In this document: piece by piece, positions 57,003-64,000 of the stretch
Layout of the letters: every line of letters begins with the position of its first letter
How positions within the stretch are numbered: position 1 is the stretch's first letter
Source of the DNA: Bacillota bacterium
GTDB taxonomy: Bacteria; Bacillota; Dethiobacteria; DTU022; UBA8154
Assembly: GCA_012798755.1 (NCBI GenBank)
Contig: JAAZMP010000098.1
Coordinates: 89,016 to 153,015, forward strand
Reading direction: 5' to 3'
Length of the DNA: 64,000 bases
The notes under the pieces: model-generated
Database searches by the model: none
Told to the model about the DNA's origin: nothing
Seen by the model: the letters and a program-made list of their open reading frames with translations, nothing else
Program-made: the position numbers and the translations under genes

Positions 57003-59837
57003 CTAACCTCCCTTTAAAGGTTCTAAATGGTACCAATCCCGGCCCACTTTTAAATCTACTTTCAAAGGAACCGTTAAGGGAAATACATCTTCCATCAAGT
57101 TTTTAACCTTGAAAGCGACTTCTTTTAGCTCATCCGCTGGGATTTCAAAAATAAGTTCGTCGTGGACCTGCAACAACATGGTTGCCCCAAAGCCTTTTGC
57201 TTCAAGTTCCCTATCTATGAGAATCATTGCAGCTTTGATTATATCAGCAGCGGAGCCTTGAATCGGTGTGTTGCGTGCAATACGTTCTGCAAAACTACGC
57301 CGGGGAAATTTGGGATGATTAATATCGGGAAGGTAACGCCTTCTACCCATGACAGTAGTTACATAACCTTTCTTTTTTGCTGTTTTTATACATTCATCTA
57401 CATATTTTTTTACCCCTGTATAGCGCTTAAAATAATTTTCAATATATTTTCTGGCCTCGGCACGGGAAATTTGTAGATCTTGAGAAAGTCCATAGTCACT
57501 GATGCCATAGATTATACCAAAGTTAACAGCCTTGGCCCTACCGCGCATTAAAGGGGTGACTTCTTCCAAGGAAACGCCAAAGACCTCGGAAGCTGTACGA
57601 ATATGAACATCCTGGTCCTTTAAAAAAGCATCAACCAGGTTGGGATCGCGGGAAAGATGAGCCATGATCCGAAGTTCAATCTGCGAATAGTCGGCTGCCA
57701 ACAAAAAGCTATTTTCGTTTGAGGGAATAAATGCCTGCCGTAAACGCCTGCCTTCTTCCAACCTGATAGGTATGTTTTGCAAATTAGGATCCTTGCTGCT
57801 GAGCCTTCCGGTGGCAGTGACGGCCTGGTTAAAAGTAGTATGGATTTTTCCCGTTTCCGGGTTAATGAGAGGGCGTAGCCCCTCTAAATAGGTAGTCTTA
57901 AGTTTCATTACGGTACGGTATTCCATGACTTTAACAGCTATCGGGTGGTAGGCCGACAACTCCTGTAACACACGGGCATCAGTTGAAAATCCGGTTTTTG
58001 TACGACGTACAACGGGCAGCTTTAATTTTTCAAACAGAATATGACTCAACTGCTGGGGTGAATTAAGGTTAAAATTTTCTCCAGCAAGTTCCATAATTTC
58101 TTTTTCCAGCGAAATCATGCTTTTATTCATTTCGGCAGCTAACCTATCCCAGGCATCTTCCCTGACTTTTATCCCCTTAAGTTCCATTTTGGCTAAAATT
58201 TCAACCAGGGGCAGCTCCAGTTTAAAATAAAGATCTTTTAGATGTCTCGTCTCCATACTTTTTGACAAGATATCTTCAAGGGCAAAAAGGTGGCGGGTGC
58301 AAATACCCGCAAAAAGGATCCTTTGTTGAAATATTTCTTCTTCAGGCAGGCCTTTTTCCGGTTCGGCAACAGATAGTCCAAGGTATTCCTCATACATTAC
58401 GGGAAGGTGGTATGCCGGACGTTCTGCCTCTAGCAGGTAAGCCGCCAGAAGGGTATCAAAAAAAGAACAGCGGGGTTTGATACCGCATTTTTTTGCTTCT
58501 TTCAGTAAAGGCTTAAGATCATGGGTTATCAGGGTTTTACCAGGGGTTTCCATTACTGTTTTAAGCGTTTTAAAAACATAGGATGGCGCTAGAGAGTCAT
58601 CGTTGCCGAAAGGTATATAGTAAACTTCCCTGTCCCCTGCTGCACAAGCTATACCCAAAAATAAAGAATTCGTGGCGGATCCGGAACCGGCATCCAAAAG
58701 TATTGCCAGCTTTCCGCTTTTTTGCAGATGACTGCTAAGTTTCTCCAGCTCTTTCTTATTTGCTACAAAATGAATTCCTTCGCTTTTGAATGCATCATCA
58801 ACATTGGCAACGGAACTTTCACTTCCCCCTGTTTTTACGGCATAATCGCTTGAAAAAAGAGTGAATTGCTTTGGAGTCGCAGGGGGGATTACACCAATGG
58901 TGTTAGATGATACCCTGCTGTTTCTTTTTTTTATACCTGCCAGTTCCGGGATCTTATCCAGAAGAGCATTGAACTCCAGTTTCTTAAATAAATCATACAG
59001 CAATTCCCAGTTAGCTTCTCTTACCCGGCATTCCTCCGGGTGCAGGTTAACCGGCACATCACTTTTAATCGTAGCCAACTTTTTGCTGAGTAAAGCCTGT
59101 TCCGCATATTTTTGAAGGTTTTCCCCCATTTTCCCTGAAATATCATTGCTGTGCCTGAGAATTTCTTTTAATGAATCAAACCTTTTTAGAAGCTGCGTGG
59201 CTCTTTTTTCCCCAATGCCGGGTACCCCCGGAATGTTATCGGAACTATCGCCTTTCAGTGCTTTAAAATCAACCCATTGGCGGGGAGCAAGCCCGTAGCG
59301 TTCATGCATCTCTTCGACACCAAATTTTTCCAGATCGGTGATACCTCTACGCGTAATCAATACATTTGTACTGGAAGAAAGCAGTTGGTAGGTATCGGCA
59401 TCTGCTGTAACAATGAAAGGGCTAAGGCCTGCTTTTTCTCCTTTCAAAGCCAGCGTGCCAATAATATCATCAGCTTCATAACCCTCCAACTCGGAGATAG
59501 TAATATTAAAGGCCCTTAAAATTTTTTTAATTATAGGCAGCTGCTCTTTCATTTCTGCCGGGGTTTTTTCCCTGGTAGCTTTATATTCGCTGTAGATTTT
59601 ATGCCGAAATGTTGGCGCCGGATAATCAAAAGTAGCCACCAAATAATCCGGCAATTCATCCTTTAACAAACGCAATAGCATATTTATAAAACCTAAAATA
59701 GCGTTTGTATGCAAGCCTTTTTTGGTTTTAAGTTCCAACGGTAGGGCAAAAAAGGCTCTATAGGCAAGACTGTGACCATCTAAGATCAAAAACTTGCCAT
59801 CGTTTTTTTCCTTTTTCATCTCAATCCTCCACTGCAT
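57003..59837 (-). CDS. polA: DNA polymerase I
   Basis: A 5' nuclease domain (LILDGHSLAYRAFFAL), a 3'-5' exo-like region and a family A polymerase domain. The probable start is MKKEKNDGK at about 59819. Confidence 0.97.
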   Translation of the reverse strand: MQWRIEMKKEKNDGKFLILDGHSLAYRAFFALPLELKTKKGLHTNAILGFINMLLRLLKDELPDYLVATFDYPAPTFRHKIYSEYKATREKTPAEMKEQLPIIKKILRAFNITISELEGYEADDIIGTLALKGEKAGLSPFIVTADADTYQLLSSSTNVLITRRGITDLEKFGVEEMHERYGLAPRQWVDFKALKGDSSDNIPGVPGIGEKRATQLLKRFDSLKEILRHSNDISGKMGENLQKYAEQALLSKKLATIKSDVPVNLHPEECRVREANWELLYDLFKKLEFNALLDKIPELAGIKKRNSRVSSNTIGVIPPATPKQFTLFSSDYAVKTGGSESSVANVDDAFKSEGIHFVANKKELEKLSSHLQKSGKLAILLDAGSGSATNSLFLGIACAAGDREVYYIPFGNDDSLAPSYVFKTLKTVMETPGKTLITHDLKPLLKEAKKCGIKPRCSFFDTLLAAYLLEAERPAYHLPVMYEEYLGLSVAEPEKGLPEEEIFQQRILFAGICTRHLFALEDILSKSMETRHLKDLYFKLELPLVEILAKMELKGIKVREDAWDRLAAEMNKSMISLEKEIMELAGENFNLNSPQQLSHILFEKLKLPVVRRTKTGFSTDARVLQELSAYHPIAVKVMEYRTVMKLKTTYLEGLRPLINPETGKIHTTFNQAVTATGRLSSKDPNLQNIPIRLEEGRRLRQAFIPSNENSFLLAADYSQIELRIMAHLSRDPNLVDAFLKDQDVHIRTASEVFGVSLEEVTPLMRGRAKAVNFGIIYGISDYGLSQDLQISRAEARKYIENYFKRYTGVKKYVDECIKTAKKKGYVTTVMGRRRYLPDINHPKFPRRSFAERIARNTPIQGSAADIIKAAMILIDRELEAKGFGATMLLQVHDELIFEIPADELKEVAFKVKNLMEDVFPLTVPLKVDLKVGRDWYHLEPLKGG

Positions 59838-59867
59838 AAGAATCCAAAATCACAAATTTGTTTCTTC

Positions 59868-60335
59868 CTAACCAATTTTTTTAAGCAAGTTGACCATTTC
59901 AATAGCTCCAAGGGCAGCATCCCATCCTTTGTTACCCGCTTTTGTACCAGCCCTTTCTATGGCCTGTTCGAGGTTATCACTGGTAATTATTCCGAACATT
60001 ACTGGTATTTCAGTTTCCAATCCCACCAAAGCAACACCTTTGGCTACTTCGGAGGCAACATATTCAAAATGTGGGGTATCGCCCCTGATTACAGCTCCAA
60101 GACATATAACAGCATTATAGCGCCCGCTTTTTGCCGCTTTTTTTGCTGCAAGTGGGATTTCAAATGAACCCGGTACCCATAAAACTTCTATATCTTCTTC
60201 AGCTGCTCCATGCCTTACTAATGCATCCAAAGCCCCGGTAAGAAGTTTACTGGAAATAAACTCATTAAAACGGCCAACCACTAAGCCAAAACTAAACCCT
60301 TTAGCGTTTAGATGTCCTTCCAGATGTTTAACCAA
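59868..60335 (-). CDS. ribH: 6,7-dimethyl-8-ribityllumazine synthase
   Basis: 155 aa with [12 protein letters not shown] and [18 protein letters not shown] motifs. Confidence 0.95.
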   Translation of the reverse strand: MVKHLEGHLNAKGFSFGLVVGRFNEFISSKLLTGALDALVRHGAAEEDIEVLWVPGSFEIPLAAKKAAKSGRYNAVICLGAVIRGDTPHFEYVASEVAKGVALVGLETEIPVMFGIITSDNLEQAIERAGTKAGNKGWDAALGAIEMVNLLKKIG

Positions 60336-60351
60336 TTATTATACACCACCC

Positions 60352-61578
60352 CTAGCTCTGTTTTGCAGCGTTTTCCATTGTTAAAAAGTGCCCCAGTTTA
60401 TCCTTTTTGGTTTTTAAATAGCGGCTATTATAAACACCGGGTGTTATTTCAATCGGTACACGCTCCACGACGGTAAGTCCATAGCCTTCCAGACCCTTTA
60501 TTTTCCGGGGGTTATTGGTAAGCAATCGCATTTTCCTTACCCCCAAATCAACCAGGATCTGGGCCCCCATTCCATAATCACGAAGATCGGCCGGAAAACC
60601 CAAATCCTCGTTGGCCTCTACTGTATCTCTGCCACAATCCTGTAATTGGTAGGCCTTAACTTTGTTTAACAGTCCAATGCCACGACCTTCTTGCCGCATA
60701 TATACGAGAACGCCGGAACCTTCTTCGTTAATCTGCTTAAGAGCCTGATCCAACTGCTTCCCACAATCACAACGTAAAGAACCCAAAACATCGCCGGTGA
60801 AACATTCAGAATGTACCCTTACCAAAACCGGTACGTCCTTGTCAATCTTTCCTTTGACCAAAGCCAGATGCGTTTTTTGATCTACAGAATTATCATAAGC
60901 AATAAGCTTAAATTCCCCACGGGCAGTGGGCAACATTGTTTCTGCTACCCGGCTAACCAACTTTTCTATTTTTGTGCGATAGTGGATCAGATCAGCTATA
61001 GTGATAATTTTCATTTCATGCTTTTTGGCAAATTCCATCAGTTCCGGAACCCTGGCCATCGTTCCATCTTCATTCATGATTTCACAGAGAACGCCGGCGG
61101 GATAAAGCCCGGCTAATCTTGCCAAATCAATAGTAGCTTCAGTATGGCCGGCTCTACGCAGCACTCCTCCTTCTTTAGCTATGAGAGGAAAGATATGGCC
61201 TGGCCGGGTAAAATCTGCGGGGCCCACCTCCGGATCAATCATCTTTTCTATCGTCAGCGCCCTTTCAAATGCAGAAATCCCCGTAGAAGTGCCTTTGGCA
61301 TCGATCGAAACTGTAAATGCGGTTTCACGGCTGTCTGTGCTATGGCTGACCATAGGGGGCAGATCCAGTTCTTTTGCACGTTCGCCCGTAAGGGGAACAC
61401 AGATCAAACCACGCCCAAAGCGAGCCATGAAATTTACAGCTTCCGCCGTAGACATTTCCGCGGCCATCACCAGATCCCCTTCATTTTCTCTGTCCTCATC
61501 ATCTACAACGATAATCATTTTGCCTTTTTTGAAATCCCCAATGGCCTCTTCGATGGTATTAAAAGCATATTGTCCCAA
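60352..61578 (-). CDS. ribBA: Bifunctional 3,4-dihydroxy-2-butanone-4-phosphate synthase / GTP cyclohydrolase II
   Basis: A DHBP synthase N-terminal half ([11 protein letters not shown]) and a GTP cyclohydrolase II half with CxxC (CDCG). Confidence 0.95.
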   Translation of the reverse strand: MGQYAFNTIEEAIGDFKKGKMIIVVDDEDRENEGDLVMAAEMSTAEAVNFMARFGRGLICVPLTGERAKELDLPPMVSHSTDSRETAFTVSIDAKGTSTGISAFERALTIEKMIDPEVGPADFTRPGHIFPLIAKEGGVLRRAGHTEATIDLARLAGLYPAGVLCEIMNEDGTMARVPELMEFAKKHEMKIITIADLIHYRTKIEKLVSRVAETMLPTARGEFKLIAYDNSVDQKTHLALVKGKIDKDVPVLVRVHSECFTGDVLGSLRCDCGKQLDQALKQINEEGSGVLVYMRQEGRGIGLLNKVKAYQLQDCGRDTVEANEDLGFPADLRDYGMGAQILVDLGVRKMRLLTNNPRKIKGLEGYGLTVVERVPIEITPGVYNSRYLKTKKDKLGHFLTMENAAKQS

Positions 61579-61666
61579 CGATATTAGCCTCCTTTTCTAA
61601 ACAGCGAAATTATTAATTATAAAACACTGTGGCTGCATCGTGTCAGCAAAAATTTATGCACATTCA

Positions 61667-62332
61667 TTAAATAAAACCTTTGTTTTTTAAAAGGGTATAT
61701 GTTAATCCTTTGTCACCTTTGGATGGAAACAAATTTTTGTCAGCGGATTCCAAAAAAAATTTTTCTACATATTTGCCAAGCATATCAGCTTCCAGGTTTA
61801 CTTTATCCCCCGGTTTTTTAAAACCCAACGTGGTAACCTTTGTTGTATGCGGAATAAGAGAAATGTCAAAGTAATTTTTACTTACGTTGTAAGCAGTAAG
61901 GCTTACACCATCTACAGCGATCGAGCCTTTTTCAATAAGATAACGAATAATTTCACGCGATGCACTTATCCGCAGAACTTGGGCATTACCTTCTTTTTTT
62001 TCTGTTAAAATCGTACCGGTGCCGTCTACATGACCGCTGACAAAATGCCCGCCAAATCGTCCGTTTGCCGGTAATGCTCTCTCTAAGTTTACCTTATCTC
62101 CTTTTTTAAGTTCGTATAAGCCGGTTTTGCGCAAGGTTTCCGGCATTACGTCGGCATAGAATGCAGTGGTATCAACGTCGGTCACTGTCAGGCAGACACC
62201 ATTTACCGCAATACTGTCACCAACTTTTAAATCATCTAAGACAAGGCTTCCTCTTATTACCAGGGAAATATTGTTTCCTTTACGTTGCTGATTTAATATT
62301 TCCCCCAACTCTTCCACTATCCCTGTGAACAA
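61667..62332 (-). CDS. ribE: Riboflavin synthase alpha subunit
   Basis: MFTGIVEELG start and the two lumazine-binding repeats. Confidence 0.93.
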   Translation of the reverse strand: MFTGIVEELGEILNQQRKGNNISLVIRGSLVLDDLKVGDSIAVNGVCLTVTDVDTTAFYADVMPETLRKTGLYELKKGDKVNLERALPANGRFGGHFVSGHVDGTGTILTEKKEGNAQVLRISASREIIRYLIEKGSIAVDGVSLTAYNVSKNYFDISLIPHTTKVTTLGFKKPGDKVNLEADMLGKYVEKFFLESADKNLFPSKGDKGLTYTLLKNKGFI

Positions 62333-63440
62333 CCTGTTCCCTCCTCACAGGATAACCGATGACAAGCAAGTCATTATCCAGCTGTTTTACTTCCATATTT
62401 TCCACCGACCAGGATCTTTTTAGTTCGCTAACCCCGGTTCCTCCCAAGGGAGAAGGAGCATTTTCCCCGCCAAAAAGCAAGGGAGCAATAAAGAAATAAA
62501 TTTTATCGATGATGTTTTCGTTTAAAAGGGAATAATTCAACGTTCCCCCGCCTTCTACCAAAAGTGAGGTGATTCCCATGGCCCCAAGGGCGGACATTAG
62601 TTTTTGTAAGCTTACCTGCTTTTTTTTCTGCGGCAGCATCAATATTTCCACCCCTGATGATTCCAGCACTTTTATTTTATCAGGCCTAACAGATTCTGTG
62701 GTAGCAAGAACGGTTTTAATTTCAGAAGCTGTCTTGACGATCTTGCTGTCTAGGGGCAATCTTCCCTTGCTGTCAACAATTATCCGAACCGGGCCAGGGC
62801 TTTTCACTCCATCAAAACGAGCTGTAAGCAGGGGATCATCCTGTAAAGCGGTATTGATACCCACCATAATTCCATCAGTAACGGAACGAAGACGGTGGAC
62901 AAACTTTCGGGATCTTTCGCCGCTGATCCAGCGAGATTCACCTGAGCTGGTAGCAATTTTGCCGTCTAAGGTCATAGCTGTCTTAACAATGACAAAAGGT
63001 TTTTGGGTAGTTATATATTTAAAATATACTTCGTTTAAACGCTTTGCTTTATCTTCTAAAACACCTAATTTGATCTTGATGCCGGCTTTCTCAAGCCTGC
63101 GAATACCTTTTCCGGAAACTAAAGGATTAGGATCTATAACAGCGATGACTACCTTACGGACCCCGGCCCGAATGATTGCCTCAGTACACGGCGGTGTTTT
63201 TCCATAATGACAGCAGGGCTCCAGATTTATATACAATGTGGCCGCCCGGGCCTTTTCAGCTGCATCTTGGAGGGCAATGATCTCTGCATGGCGATCCCCC
63301 GCCTTTTTATGGAAACCAGTGCCTACAACCTCTCCATCTTTAACCAAAATTGCTCCCACTAAAGGATTGGGACTGGTTTTACCCCGTCCCTGACGAGCAA
63401 GATCCAGAGCCATCCACATATATCGTTCATCTGAATCCAT
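62280..63440 (-). CDS. ribD: Bifunctional riboflavin biosynthesis deaminase/reductase RibD
   Basis: A deaminase zinc motif (HAEI...PCCHYGKTPPC) plus the reductase domain. The start is probably the internal MDSDERYMWMALDLA at 63440. The 3' end overlaps ribE by about 50 nt. Confidence 0.9.
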   Translation of the reverse strand: MDSDERYMWMALDLARQGRGKTSPNPLVGAILVKDGEVVGTGFHKKAGDRHAEIIALQDAAEKARAATLYINLEPCCHYGKTPPCTEAIIRAGVRKVVIAVIDPNPLVSGKGIRRLEKAGIKIKLGVLEDKAKRLNEVYFKYITTQKPFVIVKTAMTLDGKIATSSGESRWISGERSRKFVHRLRSVTDGIMVGINTALQDDPLLTARFDGVKSPGPVRIIVDSKGRLPLDSKIVKTASEIKTVLATTESVRPDKIKVLESSGVEILMLPQKKKQVSLQKLMSALGAMGITSLLVEGGGTLNYSLLNENIIDKIYFFIAPLLFGGENAPSPLGGTGVSELKRSWSVENMEVKQLDNDLLVIGYPVRREQVVHRDSGRVGGNIKSAT

Positions 63441-63509
63441 CTTAATTATATCACCTCGCTGAAATTTGAAATACGGTTCCAATTCATTATAACACAAAGA
63501 AAGGCCCCA

Positions 63510-64000
63510 TTAAACGTTTCTTTGTTTCTTCGGTAGCATCTTAAAGGCCTTAATGACTTTTTGCGGCTTAGTAGCGTTAAACAGCGCTGAACCGGCTACA
63601 AGTATATCTGCCCCCGCACCAACCGCCAGGGCAGCTGTGTCTTCATTAATGCCACCATCAACCTGAATTTCAAAAAAAAGGTTCCGCCTTCTCCTTTCTT
63701 CAGCCAAGGCGCTGATCTTCCTAACAACTCCGGGAATAAAATCCTGACCTGCAAAACCCGGATTTACAGACATAATCAAAACTAAGTCCAAATCTGTCAG
63801 AATATACTCCAAACAATCAAGAGGTGTTGCCGGGTTTAAGGCAACACCCGCCTTGCAGCCGTTTTTTTTGATCATTTGCACTACCCTGTGGAGATGATTA
63901 CAAGCCTCAGCATGAACCGTAAGCAGTTGTGCCCCGGCCTGTGAAAAAGCCCTCAAAAACTTTTCGGGATGCTCTATCATGAGATGAACATCCAAAAAAA
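63510..64000 (-). CDS. rpe: Ribulose-phosphate 3-epimerase, C-terminal part; the N-terminus lies beyond the window
   Basis: DVHLMIEHPEKF...MSVNPGFAGQ...DGGIN motifs. The 161 aa seen is missing about 55 N-terminal residues. Confidence 0.9.
   Translation of the reverse strand, partial: FLDVHLMIEHPEKFLRAFSQAGAQLLTVHAEACNHLHRVVQMIKKNGCKAGVALNPATPLDCLEYILTDLDLVLIMSVNPGFAGQDFIPGVVRKISALAEERRRRNLFFEIQVDGGINEDTAALAVGAGADILVAGSALFNATKPQKVIKAFKMLPKKQRNV

Noticed and set aside
1-64000. CRISPR arrays, rRNA/tRNA genes, IS elements or prophage genes
   Set aside because: No regularly spaced repeat-spacer array, no tRNA cloverleaf-like GC islands other than the OLE region, and no transposase or integrase other than the chromosomal dif recombinase xerD fragment at the window edge.

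Overview
This window looks like a chromosomal segment of an AT-rich (~40-42% GC), endospore-forming, probably thermophilic and anaerobic Firmicute (class Clostridia). Almost every gene is on the minus strand. Reading from high to low coordinates the order is: rpe(partial)-ribDEBAH-polA-mutM-coaE-slt-icd; an accessory catabolic island (xanthine-dehydrogenase-family molybdoenzyme FAD/FeS/Mo subunits, a biotin-less PycB/OadA-like carboxyltransferase, DUF4212+SSS transporter, PaaK-like CoA ligase, TetR); a redox/stress block (CoADR/Nox-family flavoprotein, macro domain, UspA, PaaI thioesterase); yceD-rpmF-plsX-fabHDG-acpP-fabF-rnc-smc-ftsY-ffh-rpsP-khpA-rimM-trmD; asp23/amaP/DUF2273; nusB; a Kae1/TsaD-like paralog; nfnAB; folD-xseAB-ispA; a ~570-nt GC-rich structured noncoding RNA with its own sigma-A promoter followed by a small 4-TM membrane protein, matching the OLE RNA/oapA locus; dxs-tlyA-nadK-recN-spoIVB-spo0A; steA and an MctB-like gene; two glycosyltransferases; a DUF3866 gene; spoIIM; and the N-terminus of xerD. 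No CRISPR array, rRNA, tRNA or mobile element was found. The main findings are: (1) the OLE RNA + OapA locus; (2) three promoters in the catabolic island that share an identical architecture (-10 hexamer, 1-2 nt, then TACT-N8-AGTA) and so define a small regulon, plus a separate perfect 14-bp palindrome in front of tetR; (3) smc with ATA where the conserved ATG should be, directly after an in-frame TAA; (4) the rib operon without room for an FMN riboswitch leader; (5) GC-rich direct repeats upstream of the DUF3866 gene. Coordinates follow the supplied ORF track; several true starts are probably internal to the tracked ORF and are noted.
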